Source: a virus
Taxonomy: Duplodnaviria; Caudoviricetes
Strand: one strand, 5' to 3'
Length of the DNA stretch: 58,537 nt
Virus record (IMG/VR): IMGVR_UViG_3300045955_000127
Coordinates: 1 to 58,537 of that record
In this document: in pieces, positions 9,081 to 18,623 of the stretch
Layout of the letters: each line of letters starts with the position of its first letter
Position numbering within the stretch: the stretch's first letter is position 1
Translations under genes and position numbers: made by a program
Notes under the pieces: model-generated
Seen by the model: the letters and a program-made list of their open reading frames with translations, nothing else
What the model was told of the DNA's origin: nothing
Database searches by the model: none

Positions 9081-9524
9081 ATGCAACAGATTAACATCGA
9101 TGATTTTCGTCGCGAGTTTTCTCTGAGATTTCGCGAGCTTGTGCAGACCGAGCCGGGCACAAAAAAACTTGAATCTTTTTCTTTCACAACGGGCGTCTCG
9201 CTTCGCCAGGCGTCCGAATGGGGCAACCAGCGGCATCTTACTTGGCCGAGCGCGGCGAATTTAATTCAAGTTGCGATCACAAAGAACGTTTCGCTTAATT
9301 GGCTGATGCTGGGAGAAGGGCCGAAGAAAAGAATAATTGACAAACGGGTCGTGCGTGAGTTAGTTGAAATTATTTCGAACCTACCGGAGAAGGAGGAGGC
9401 GGCGCTATTATCCATACTGGACAAGGTGCTGATGCGATATCGCTATGGAGAGAGAGCAAAGGCTGGAAAAAATACTGATGGAGATGTTGGGCGACCTAGA
9501 GCCGGAGGTACTAAAAAAAATTAA
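9081..9524 (+). CDS. CI-like XRE repressor
   Basis: GVSLRQASEW...PSAANLIQVA...VSLNWLMLGEG XRE signature; GGGAG SD; no S24 peptidase domain seen. Confidence 0.75.
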   Translation: MQQINIDDFRREFSLRFRELVQTEPGTKKLESFSFTTGVSLRQASEWGNQRHLTWPSAANLIQVAITKNVSLNWLMLGEGPKKRIIDKRVVRELVEIISNLPEKEEAALLSILDKVLMRYRYGERAKAGKNTDGDVGRPRAGGTKKN

Positions 9525-9568
9525 AAGCGATTTTTTGATAGAGATCCGACGGCGACAGCTATGCTGCG

Positions 9569-9862
9569 TCAAGGCACGACCTGCCCCACGGGCTGCCCAG
9601 GCTTGGCCTGGGCATCTATGGAAAACTCGGGTCCGTCTACTGCGCCGGCTCCATTAAACGCCTCGATCACAACAAAATAAGTATTCGCAGCTGTTACCAA
9701 GTCTTTCAGGGGTAAAGATCGGACATTCTTGGGGATAGTAGTCACAATGTCGTAAGGACCGCCCGTGAGCGTGCCCGCCTTTACGCGAAAGCCGTCAACT
9801 CTGCCCTGAGTCCGTTCATCATAAGTAAATTGAATTGTTGCCGTTGCTATGTCTGAAGCCAT
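9569..9862 (-). CDS. Small FN3/Ig-like protein
   Basis: DGFRVKAGT..GGPY...TYFVVIEAFNGAG...S pattern of FN3 domains. Confidence 0.65.
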   Translation of the reverse strand: MASDIATATIQFTYDERTQGRVDGFRVKAGTLTGGPYDIVTTIPKNVRSLPLKDLVTAANTYFVVIEAFNGAGAVDGPEFSIDAQAKPGQPVGQVVP

Positions 9863-9864
9863 TT

Positions 9865-12800
9865 TTAATCGCCTCCGAAACTAGGATTTGCCACGGTTAG
9901 GCAGGGTGTCACATCGTGAGTGAAATTTACCCCGCCAACTATGCGCGGCTGGAAACAGAATTGATCTCCTACCACTACATCTGGATCTATCTTAATCAGC
10001 GCGATAAAGTTCGTCGTTGAATCCTCTGTTAAATCTACCGTAGGGTTAGTGGCCTCTTTGCCTATAACCGCGCCCGCAACAAAACTGCCATGTGGGTCGG
10101 TTGTTAAAGCTGACGTGATTGGCTCGGCGTCAAAGAGTGTTGTACCCGAAGCTACCCCGAACGCCACGCCTACAGCATTGGTGCAGGTAGAATTAAAGCT
10201 GCCCGTGGTAGAGTTAAATTCGTTGCCGGTACAGGTGACTTGTCCCGCTGTGGAGTTGTCTACAATATTTGTTCCATTGAGTCGGTTCTGGGTAAAGCCC
10301 AGAGAGGCGGGTATATGAGAGCCTGTACCGTTGGTTATGCGTCCGCCATTGATCGTGTTGTTACTGATAACCGTATTATCAAGTGAGTTTCGGATCGCGT
10401 CTTTTCCCGTGTCGGGTAGGCTAAATGAATTGGCATCTACGGTGACTTGAAAATTCTGGTACTCCTCCGCTACGCCATCATTGCCGAGGTTGATGCACCT
10501 GTTGAAATCACAATCTACAAAAACATTACTCTGTACCAGCCTGATCGAACCGGCTCCGGTGCCAGTTTGAATGAGCATGATACCCGTAGTGATATTTGTC
10601 CCATCGAAATAATTCCCGATGTAATTGACCGTGGCCCCAGCCGCGCTGCCTTTGTCGTCTATGCAATTCTCAGACAGGCACTGAGGAAACCAGTTGTAAG
10701 AAACCTCGTTGACTCCATCTATATCGCCAGGATCTGCTGCTGCTGCGTTGCCGATTTGCAGGTTATCCTCTGCATCGGTAGCAGTCTGGCTGATCTTGTT
10801 TCGGGTGATAAGAAGGTTCTTGGCCTTGCGCCCGCCCGAGCCCACATTGTTGCGGATGTAAACCGCCATCTGCCCCAATCCGCCAGTGACATTGTGGACA
10901 ATCGCGTTACCTCGGAGAATCGCTCCGTCCACATCGCCCGCGAATTTAACCGTAGAACGACTGCCAGTGCCTGATGCCGTGACGGTGTTATTCTCGTACT
11001 TACTGCCGGTTGCCCAGACTGTGCCGTTGAGAACCGTGGGTCGAAACAGCGCACACGCAGCGCCACTTGAGCAATTATGCTCGAAGCCCCTGACTTCGAC
11101 ATTGGCACCGATCTCAATCTCACCGACGATTTCTATCGCCTCGCAGTTGTAGGGTTTTAGAATCGTCGGATTGCCGCTTGTGCCCTCGCCTATTATCCAC
11201 GGGTTTCCAGCCACGGTAAAAGTCGCCCCACTGGTATTTCGCAGCAGGAATGTCCCGCCCGTAGAGTTTTCGAGCGCTGCTTCCCATCCGTCTGCGGTTG
11301 TCAAAACTGTGCCTGTGGTGGTGCAGGACTCGTTAGCCTCGCCATAAGTAAGGGTAAGCGGGTTGGGGTTTTGGGGGGGCAGCGTTGGAGGCCCCGATGC
11401 CGTAGTATCCGTCATTCTGGCATAGCTGCCGCCGTTGTGATTCGCCCAGATTTCAAACCCGGCTGGATCGCAATTACCGCCCGTACAGTCAACACCGAAA
11501 GTCAGCGCGGTGTAGCCGCCCCTCATAACAGATGCCGCCGTCGCCTTATCTTCGGGACCACGCCACTTGGGAGATGCCAGCGTGCCATCAAGATGAAACC
11601 AGCGAAAGTTGATCGTGGTCAGAACCGCCGCGCCACCACCGGCCACGTTGTTTTGAAAGGTTTGGAGCGCAAAGGATAGAATATCACTATCCAGACAGCC
11701 AAAAACCTCACCACCGATACACTCATTTCCGGTCAGCTGCGTGCCCGCTGCCCCCGGCCTGGTGTAAGATCCCTTGATTGTGTTGCCGGCTGCAACCGTA
11801 CCGGCGATTCCAATACTCACTCTGGCCGTTTGCGAGAGGGCACAGTTACTTTCAGTCTGTCCGACATCACCGCCGCCCGTGTCGATTGTGACGTTGAAAT
11901 GCTGCGTGGTGCAGCTCTTTAATCCAACACCACCCCTAATTGCCTGCGTAGGCACGCTAAAATTATACCTAAAGGTACCCGCGTCACCGTTTTCAACTGT
12001 GCCCGTGGAGAATCTAATTGTCTGGAAAGCACCAATGTCACAGGTATTCCCTGGGGCTATACACTGATAGCCGTTAGGGAGTCCGGTGCGTGTACCCTGA
12101 GCCAAAAGTGAAGATCCTTCACTTGGGGTAAACCTATTCTGAGAAACATCTACGAAGACGGTGGCATCGGTTCCAAAGTGATTATTAGAAACCGTGTGAC
12201 TGCCTCCAGATTCGTCAATGCTGTTATTTTCATTGTTTACACAAGCGTTGTTTCTAATAACGTGCCCGCTACCGAAATCAGAGTGTACCCCGATGCAAAA
12301 GTTTTGGTTATTGTAAATCGTGTTGTTATACACCTTGATGTTTAGGTTTCTGCCGGAATTAGTCGTGCCGGATACCGTGATTCCATCGCCGGTCGAGCCC
12401 GGCGTGATAGTGCCGTCCTTCAGAATATTGCCGTAAACTTCGGAGCTGTCGTTGTCCTGAAGTAAAATTCCCGTTTTGCCGTGTTGTAGAATGAAGTTGA
12501 AGCGAATCTTCAGCCGCACCATAGAGTTCGCGCCGGACTCGTTAGCGTTCGTCGCTTGAATGCCAAGCCCGATAGTGTCATGCACGTAATTTCGTTCAAT
12601 GATGCAATCGACACACTTGCCAAAATAAATTCCATGCCCCGGATTGCTGCTGGCGATGTTGCCGCAGTTAAACATTTGGTTGTTCACAACCTCTGTCAAG
12701 CTATTTGATGACGATAGGCCCGCCTGGGTGATAAAGCAGCTCGACCCGCTCGATGCAGTAGTTGTGGAGTCGTGAAATATAGAGTTGTACCATTTTAGAC

Positions 12801-13254
12801 CGACCGTGGAGCCTTGCGTCCCGCCGCAAAACACTAGAGACACGGAACAATCAAAATCAATATTGTCGAACGTGATCCAGCTGCGGCCATTTTGGACCAT
12901 TGCGGGGCCAGAGGTAGGACGTATAATTGCTGCTTGGTTAGAGTCCCAGCCGCGGACTATAGTTGGGTTGCTCTGTGTGCCCGAGGGAAAATTCTTGCTG
13001 TTGTTCGACCAGAATCCTTCGTTATAAGTTCCGGCTTTAATGTTTACAGTATCGCCGCTGGACATGCACAACCGCGCCTCTTCGATGGTATCGAAATGGT
13101 CGGCGTTGGCAGAGCCTGGATCGGTTGAACTTTCTGCGGCTCCGCAACTCGCAGCAGTTCCCCCCGGCTTAACCCAGTATGTTGCAGCGTTCGAAATCCC
13201 AACCGTCAGTATGTACAGAAAGAGCGTGAGTATGATTTCTCTTGTTATCTTCAT
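9865..13254 (-). CDS. Signal-peptide-bearing right-handed beta-helix (pectate-lyase-like) protein; putative receptor-binding/depolymerase
   Basis: MKITREIILTLFLYILTVGISNA|ATYWV; GDTVNIKAGTY; Asn-ladder repeats; DIGAFQ cap; a second beta-helix block; 30 Cys. Confidence 0.8.
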   Translation of the reverse strand: MKITREIILTLFLYILTVGISNAATYWVKPGGTAASCGAAESSTDPGSANADHFDTIEEARLCMSSGDTVNIKAGTYNEGFWSNNSKNFPSGTQSNPTIVRGWDSNQAAIIRPTSGPAMVQNGRSWITFDNIDFDCSVSLVFCGGTQGSTVGLKWYNSIFHDSTTTASSGSSCFITQAGLSSSNSLTEVVNNQMFNCGNIASSNPGHGIYFGKCVDCIIERNYVHDTIGLGIQATNANESGANSMVRLKIRFNFILQHGKTGILLQDNDSSEVYGNILKDGTITPGSTGDGITVSGTTNSGRNLNIKVYNNTIYNNQNFCIGVHSDFGSGHVIRNNACVNNENNSIDESGGSHTVSNNHFGTDATVFVDVSQNRFTPSEGSSLLAQGTRTGLPNGYQCIAPGNTCDIGAFQTIRFSTGTVENGDAGTFRYNFSVPTQAIRGGVGLKSCTTQHFNVTIDTGGGDVGQTESNCALSQTARVSIGIAGTVAAGNTIKGSYTRPGAAGTQLTGNECIGGEVFGCLDSDILSFALQTFQNNVAGGGAAVLTTINFRWFHLDGTLASPKWRGPEDKATAASVMRGGYTALTFGVDCTGGNCDPAGFEIWANHNGGSYARMTDTTASGPPTLPPQNPNPLTLTYGEANESCTTTGTVLTTADGWEAALENSTGGTFLLRNTSGATFTVAGNPWIIGEGTSGNPTILKPYNCEAIEIVGEIEIGANVEVRGFEHNCSSGAACALFRPTVLNGTVWATGSKYENNTVTASGTGSRSTVKFAGDVDGAILRGNAIVHNVTGGLGQMAVYIRNNVGSGGRKAKNLLITRNKISQTATDAEDNLQIGNAAAADPGDIDGVNEVSYNWFPQCLSENCIDDKGSAAGATVNYIGNYFDGTNITTGIMLIQTGTGAGSIRLVQSNVFVDCDFNRCINLGNDGVAEEYQNFQVTVDANSFSLPDTGKDAIRNSLDNTVISNNTINGGRITNGTGSHIPASLGFTQNRLNGTNIVDNSTAGQVTCTGNEFNSTTGSFNSTCTNAVGVAFGVASGTTLFDAEPITSALTTDPHGSFVAGAVIGKEATNPTVDLTEDSTTNFIALIKIDPDVVVGDQFCFQPRIVGGVNFTHDVTPCLTVANPSFGGD

Positions 13255-14321
13255 TGGAAAAATATCGGCGCTATGCGACGACGGCTCGACCCTGCCGCTG
13301 CCGGAATTGCTCTAATGGCATACCAGTAATAATCAACACCTGATTCGTTGACCCTGAGGTTTGTTCCCACTTCAAAACCATTGACTAAAAAATCCTGAAT
13401 CTGATCCGTTCCACACGTAGCCGTAGTTGCCACACATGACTCATCGCCGGAATTGTCCTTGAATCTAAAAGTCATCACGTTATTTGCTGTCGCACTATTG
13501 GCTTTCATCAAAAGAAATTCCGGTTGAAACCCAAGGGTTGTTATTTGCCTATCGTCGCTTGCATCGCCGGCGTAGGTGCCATCTATCGAGCTACCGCCGG
13601 CGTTTTTCATGGCCCAATAATGCACTGTATCAGTAGCGCCGTTGACAAAGCCGCTAGTGCCAACCTCAAAGCCGTTGGAATTTAATGCTTGAATCCTGTT
13701 TGATGTTGCGCACGATGCCCCGCTAGCTTGCGAGCAGGTCTGATCTCCGGTCAGTGCCGCAAATTTGAAAACAAAAACATCGCTGCTTGTTTCTGTCTGT
13801 ACGGCTACAAAATCGGGCTGAAAATCGTTGGCGTCGCTGGTGTCGGAAATATCAATGTCGCGCGCATCGAGACCATCTCCAGCATAAGTGCCCACGGCAA
13901 AATCATCGTTAACACCATCCTTGGCGAGCGCGAGATAAAAACACGTCACGCCGCTTGCGTTGACTTGATTGTCAGACCCTATCTGAAATCCGTTGGCGCT
14001 AAATGCCTGAATTCTGTTCGTCACGGGTCCAGCGTTTGTATTAAGAACAAGGGAAGCATCAGCTCCCATTGTTGCCGTGCTCCAAACTGCTTGTTCAGTG
14101 GTATTGCATTTGACAATTACCAATTCGGGCTGGAAATCCGTCACGCTTGGCGTCGTAGTGTCGGAAATATCTATGGTGCGGTTGTCTGTGGCGTTGCCGG
14201 TATAGGAGCCGCTGGCCATCAAGTAACCGAAGCTTGTTTCGGGAACGAAAACCGGGCACAATAAAAGAGCGGCTAGGAAGACGTTCCGAAGCCCCTGTTT
14301 CCTGGCAGGGATGCCGCGCAA
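13251..14321 (-). CDS. Repeat-containing putative virion protein with signal peptide (start uncertain; 5' end disrupted by an HNH insertion)
   Basis: Three repeats of G(S/T)YxG(N/D)xxDxRxI...FQP(E/D)...IQ...NGF(Q/E)(I/V)G. Candidate TTG14321 gives ...RNVFLAALLLCPVFVPETSFG|YLMASG. The upstream part of the listed ORF is antisense to the HNH. Confidence 0.7.
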   Translation of the reverse strand: MRGIPARKQGLRNVFLAALLLCPVFVPETSFGYLMASGSYTGNATDNRTIDISDTTTPSVTDFQPELVIVKCNTTEQAVWSTATMGADASLVLNTNAGPVTNRIQAFSANGFQIGSDNQVNASGVTCFYLALAKDGVNDDFAVGTYAGDGLDARDIDISDTSDANDFQPDFVAVQTETSSDVFVFKFAALTGDQTCSQASGASCATSNRIQALNSNGFEVGTSGFVNGATDTVHYWAMKNAGGSSIDGTYAGDASDDRQITTLGFQPEFLLMKANSATANNVMTFRFKDNSGDESCVATTATCGTDQIQDFLVNGFEVGTNLRVNESGVDYYWYAIRAIPAAAGSSRRRIAPIFFQ

Positions 14322-15016
14322 CTTACCCCAGGAATGCACGACAGGAGGTGCAATATGGCAGCTCATAACTTCAAAGACATTACGGGTCAGCAGTTCAGCC
14401 GCTTGAACGTATTGCGGCGCGCGCCCAATAACGCGCTTAACCAAGCCACGTGGCTCTGTGTATGTTCCTGCGGACGGCAAATTACTGTCCTCGGGAACAA
14501 GTTGCGCAGTGGTCATACTCGTAGCTGCGGCTGCATTAACGTCGAGCGATGGTTGCGCGAACGGACCACGCACGGATATTCCAAATCTCCTGAGTGGCGA
14601 ATTTTTCAGCACATGAGAGACCGTTGTAATAACCCGCGCTGTAAAAACTTTCGCGATTATGGCGGACGCGGAATTAAAATGCTCTTCTCTTCTTTTGAAG
14701 AATTTCTCGCTGAAGTGGGGCTGCGACCAACGCCGAAGCACTGGATTGAGAGAATATGCAACGATGGCCATTACGAATCGGGAAACGTGAAGTGGGCTAC
14801 CAAGATTGAGCAAGCCAATAATACCCGCGCGAATCATTTCATTACCTTCAAGGGAGAAACTAAGACGGTGGCGCAATGGGCTACGCAGTTGGGAATTAAC
14901 GTCGGCACGATCCATGCACGTATACATGCTGGCCGGTGGTCGCCTGACAGAGCTTTGTCCACCCCAACACTTATATATTGGTCAAGGCAAAAGCGTTCCT
15001 GGAACGCGAACAGGTA
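14226..15016. mobile_element. Homing-endonuclease insertion (about 791 bp) in a structural gene
   Basis: Removing it fuses signal peptide MRLIKALILAGLLWVTPAHA to YLMASGSY in frame; the junctions read TACCTG and TACTTG on the minus strand. Confidence 0.6.
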
Positions 15017-15017
15017 G
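14355..15017 (+). CDS. HNH homing endonuclease, antisense to the late operon
   Basis: DITGQQFSRLNV, WLCVCSCG, SCGC, YGGRGI, IERICNDGHYESGNVKWATKIEQANN; AGGAGG SD. Confidence 0.92.
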   Translation: MAAHNFKDITGQQFSRLNVLRRAPNNALNQATWLCVCSCGRQITVLGNKLRSGHTRSCGCINVERWLRERTTHGYSKSPEWRIFQHMRDRCNNPRCKNFRDYGGRGIKMLFSSFEEFLAEVGLRPTPKHWIERICNDGHYESGNVKWATKIEQANNTRANHFITFKGETKTVAQWATQLGINVGTIHARIHAGRWSPDRALSTPTLIYWSRQKRSWNANR

Positions 15018-15076
15018 GCATGAGCAGGAGTTACCCAGAGCAGCCCCGCCAGGATGAGGGCTTTAATAAGTCGCAT
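15011..15076 (-). pseudogene. Orphaned signal peptide (original 5' end of the 13251 gene)
   Basis: MRLIKALILAGLLWVTPAHA|YL, overlapping the end of the upstream gene, then running into antisense HNH sequence. Confidence 0.6.
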
Positions 15077-17696
15077 TGATACTAATCCCAATCAGGTGTA
15101 ATCCGGTAAACGCATCCTCATAGTCCGTCGCTGTCGCATCCACATCGCCGGTAAACGTCACCCAATCACCCGCTGCTGGAGTGTTAGCGATGGTGATCGG
15201 CGCCGTAGTACAGCTCATATAATCTTCAGTCTGGTTGTTGAACGTACACGTCGCCTGCACATTCGCCGCCGTCGGGTCTGTAACCGCCGCGAACTGGTTC
15301 CCCGGCGCGTAAGAATCCCCGCCCCAATCCACAGCGAAGTCATTGAGCGAAGCCGTAGCCGAGAACATGTGCATCGTCAGCGTAACCGTTCCAGCGTTCC
15401 ACGTTGCCGGCATTGGGAGCGAGAACTTAATGCGACAAGCGTTGTCGTCCGCAGGGTTTATAGTAAGAATGTCGTCGTTGGGTAGGGCTTTCTCAGTTGG
15501 TGTTTGGTCGGTGCAGCTCGCAGACCCCTTCATGTAGGCTGCTGGGATGAAAATAGACTTGACTGCTGCGGCAGTCGCAACATTGGCCCAGCTGCCATTT
15601 ACCCTAACCCTCAATGCGTCGGTGTCGGTGCGGTAGAACAAATCCCCATCGGTGACTTGCGCTGTTGGATCGGCTGCGCCGCTGCCCGGATTGACCCCCT
15701 GCGCACCGCCGACAAACTTATGGTTCCCCTGCATTGCCAGCGTGCCAGTGCCGGTCGCAGTAGCATCGGGGTTGGCTATAATGACCGCCGAGTCATCGTC
15801 CTCGTCCCAAAGTGCCCACGTAAACCCAACCGGAACTAAGGTTCTCCTGTCAGCATCTGTGCAGGGTTTCCACAACGGCCCATGCGTGGCATCGGTAAAT
15901 CCGCACATCGGCGTGACACCATCGCCAATCCGTACGGAGTTTCCTAGATTGTTAGCCCCAGTGAATGTATTGACGCCAGTGAAGGTATTATTTCCAGCGA
16001 GGGTAACATCGCCGGCGCCGCCTGCCGCCTGGTCCCAAACTGCCGCCGCCACCGTACTGTCGATCAAATCCCAGCATCTTTGATTCTCGGTTCCTGCGGA
16101 ATTACACCATCGCGTTACGCCGGCTATATAGCCATCGCCGGAGTCGTCATTTTCATCTGGATCGCGGGTTTCTAAAACTCGGGAGATTTTACAAGTGAGA
16201 TTGCCTTGAGCATCTATCGCGTGAGCGAAGACTCCAACATTGGTGCTCGTTATTGTGCAGTCCGTTGGATTACTGGCAAGACTCCCGGCGCTGCCGGTTG
16301 TGTTTGAATTTAGATAGGCAAGACTTTGGCTTGCTGTGCCGTCGTGAATCTTGGGTATTCCCGTGGTGGAATCTAGGCCAAATTCCCCCGGGGCCGCTGG
16401 AGTAAACCCCGCCGAGTTGGGCACTTCGATTGTTACCGCGCCGAAGTCCTGCTTGCCTGATGTATAGGTAGTAGCCGCCCCGCGGCTTACGTAGTCAGTG
16501 CCCGCCGCCGCCGCCGCTATATTCCCCCCGCCATCGGCTTTAACGATGCCCGTTATAGCGCCGACGATTGGGTCGCTCTCAGTGATCGTTACCGTGGTAT
16601 CTGGATCGTCATCGGTGACATTTACGGCAGTGCCGACAAAATTGAGATTGTTGCGCTGCGTGAGCGGCGTTCCCTCATTTTCGATCGTATGACCACCGCC
16701 AACCGACGTAGGGCAATTGGTGCCGTCTTCCTGGCAAACGCTGGTGCCTCCAATGGTAACATCGACGGTCGCCGCAACCGAACCAGAGCTGAGAGTGTCC
16801 GTACCTTTATCGTAAGTAAGGCTGCTATCCGTGCCACAAGCTCCGGCATCATTGAAGGTTACTTCGGTATCCGATCCGCAAGCGCCGCCACCTGAGCCCG
16901 GCGGGCGCGCAAAGCCGATCACCGAAGGCGTGCCGGTTATCTTCAAAGTTCCTGGCGTGCCCGAAGCGAGAACCGCCTTAACGGAAGTGGCGCCAGACAC
17001 GTTGCAGCGAAAGACGCCCTCCGCGGCCAGCCATGTCGTGCTGGTATAGGTCGTCCCGCCATCGAGTGAGTAACAATCGGTTGCCTCGAACTGCTGTCCA
17101 TCTGTACTGGTCTGGATAGAGAATGTAGAGCTATTAAAATCTCCGGTAGCGGTGATCAGCAGCACTTGACGGCCACCGATCGGATGAATGGGATTTTGCA
17201 CTGGCGTGGTCGAACTGTTGTAAAGCCCCATCGAAGGAATCACGTCTACCGGGTAGAGGCTGCCTACGGATCCGGCCGGCGTCACGTTCCCCACCATCGA
17301 TGCGTTCGCGCTAATCTTCACTGCTGTGGGCGAGCCGCTATTCAAAACGGCCTTCACCACTGCGGCGCCAGACACGTTGCAGCGCCATGTTCCGGGGGCA
17401 GTGATCCAGCCGTTAGCCGTAAATGTTGTAAGCCCGTCCATCGAGTAACAGTCTGTGTTAGCGTAGGTGATCCCATCGCCGCTGATTTGCACATGGAAGG
17501 TTGCGCTATTAAAAGTCCCCCCGGCGGTCACTTGGAGGACTTGCCACCGCCCGTTTAGGTTAAATGGGTTTACTGAGCCCGAGATCGTGTTGTTATAGAG
17601 CAGGAATTCGGTGAAGATCGGCCCCACTGTGGTTTGGCTGAAAACGGAAGTCGTTAAGCAGAAAACATAAAATAGAAGAGCAAAAAAAATCTTCAT
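15063..17696 (-). CDS. Tail-fibre-like protein with N-terminal signal peptide
   Basis: MKIFFALLFYVFCLTTSVFS|Q; duplicated N-terminal beta domain; fibre motifs GSDTEVTFNDAG, TIENEGTPLTQRNNLNFVG, ITGIVKADG..AGTDY, LAGNNTFTGVNTFTG, DGDLFYRTDT. Confidence 0.8.
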   Translation of the reverse strand: MKIFFALLFYVFCLTTSVFSQTTVGPIFTEFLLYNNTISGSVNPFNLNGRWQVLQVTAGGTFNSATFHVQISGDGITYANTDCYSMDGLTTFTANGWITAPGTWRCNVSGAAVVKAVLNSGSPTAVKISANASMVGNVTPAGSVGSLYPVDVIPSMGLYNSSTTPVQNPIHPIGGRQVLLITATGDFNSSTFSIQTSTDGQQFEATDCYSLDGGTTYTSTTWLAAEGVFRCNVSGATSVKAVLASGTPGTLKITGTPSVIGFARPPGSGGGACGSDTEVTFNDAGACGTDSSLTYDKGTDTLSSGSVAATVDVTIGGTSVCQEDGTNCPTSVGGGHTIENEGTPLTQRNNLNFVGTAVNVTDDDPDTTVTITESDPIVGAITGIVKADGGGNIAAAAAGTDYVSRGAATTYTSGKQDFGAVTIEVPNSAGFTPAAPGEFGLDSTTGIPKIHDGTASQSLAYLNSNTTGSAGSLASNPTDCTITSTNVGVFAHAIDAQGNLTCKISRVLETRDPDENDDSGDGYIAGVTRWCNSAGTENQRCWDLIDSTVAAAVWDQAAGGAGDVTLAGNNTFTGVNTFTGANNLGNSVRIGDGVTPMCGFTDATHGPLWKPCTDADRRTLVPVGFTWALWDEDDDSAVIIANPDATATGTGTLAMQGNHKFVGGAQGVNPGSGAADPTAQVTDGDLFYRTDTDALRVRVNGSWANVATAAAVKSIFIPAAYMKGSASCTDQTPTEKALPNDDILTINPADDNACRIKFSLPMPATWNAGTVTLTMHMFSATASLNDFAVDWGGDSYAPGNQFAAVTDPTAANVQATCTFNNQTEDYMSCTTAPITIANTPAAGDWVTFTGDVDATATDYEDAFTGLHLIGISINATY
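16989..17384. repeat. Direct repeat marking an internal domain duplication
   Basis: Identical 21-mer GGCGCCAGACACGTTGCAGCG at 16989-17009 and 17364-17384 (RCNVSGA in both domains). Confidence 0.9.
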
Positions 17697-17703
17697 AACA
17701 GAT

Positions 17704-18618
17704 TTACCTTCTGTCGATATCTAGCCCAAGACCGAAAATGCTGTTGGATGGCGATGCGCCACTCCATTGCGCCGTGATATCCAAATCTTGAACGATCGAA
17801 GAATCGGCCCCGCTGGCAGCGATTCTGCTCAGGGTAAATAGATTGGCTATCCCTCCGATGTTTAACGATGACGACTCGAGAAATCCCAATGAGGAAGTCG
17901 ATTGTGAATTGGCGGAATTTCGAGCGTGCAGACGCGACCGTAACGCTACCCCGACATTAGCAACTAGGCCGCCCGTGGGGTTCGCTATCGGCAACGTGAA
18001 TAATTCAACACCAGCGTAACGCAGCCGGATGGTCACCGTAGCTGCCGCCACAATCCCGATGATCTCAAAGTCGCAGTTGATATGAAGAAAACGATTTGTG
18101 CTAAGAAGCCCAGCCGCGATCTGTTTTGAATAAAGATCAGTTTCGCTGGCGGTGTTCGTTACATCGGGCTCGCTAACGTCTTTGATTAAAGCCGCGCTGT
18201 CAATCCGGACATTGCCTCCCGAGGGATTGACGGCTTCGCTGCCATTGCCATTGATAAAATTTATCAGGAGCTGCGATTGCAGGTTGACGCCGTTTGCCTG
18301 GATTGTGGCTCCAGACAAAGAGCCCTCAAAGACAGTGCCAGCCAGCAACGCCGCGATGCTCCCCGTTGCCGACCCCGGCACGATTCCCGTAACCGGCATC
18401 CCTGTACCGATGGTTACCGAAACGATCGCAGTCTGAGGCAATGCAATCGGGCTCAATGCCCCGCTTGAATTCGAGATCGTCGAGGCGATGCTTACAGCGA
18501 TCACGGACCCGCCGATGATTTGCTGCGGAACGCTGATGACGACAAGCGTATTCGGGAGAGCGACCCCGTTCGCGTTATAGAGCGTGCCCGAGACTATGCA
18601 AGTTCCTGGAGCTGGCAT
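17704..18618 (-). CDS. Putative fibre/anchor protein (no signal peptide)
   Basis: CIVSGTLYNANG Ig-like N-terminus; VTNTASETDL...LDITAQW C-terminal domain typical of phage fibres. Confidence 0.65.
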   Translation of the reverse strand: MPAPGTCIVSGTLYNANGVALPNTLVVISVPQQIIGGSVIAVSIASTISNSSGALSPIALPQTAIVSVTIGTGMPVTGIVPGSATGSIAALLAGTVFEGSLSGATIQANGVNLQSQLLINFINGNGSEAVNPSGGNVRIDSAALIKDVSEPDVTNTASETDLYSKQIAAGLLSTNRFLHINCDFEIIGIVAAATVTIRLRYAGVELFTLPIANPTGGLVANVGVALRSRLHARNSANSQSTSSLGFLESSSLNIGGIANLFTLSRIAASGADSSIVQDLDITAQWSGASPSNSIFGLGLDIDRR

Positions 18619-18623
18619 AAGAG

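Noticed and set aside
9445-9657. Second plus-strand ORF overlapping the repressor 3' end
   Set aside because: No clear SD, and it overlaps both neighbours; cannot be supported.
14322-14927. Long N-terminal extension of the 558-aa ORF
   Set aside because: It is the antisense shadow of the HNH gene and does not resemble the downstream repeat domain.
14226-15016. Group I intron interpretation of the HNH insertion
   Set aside because: No recognisable P7/catalytic core and too little non-coding sequence; not fully excluded without an Infernal scan.
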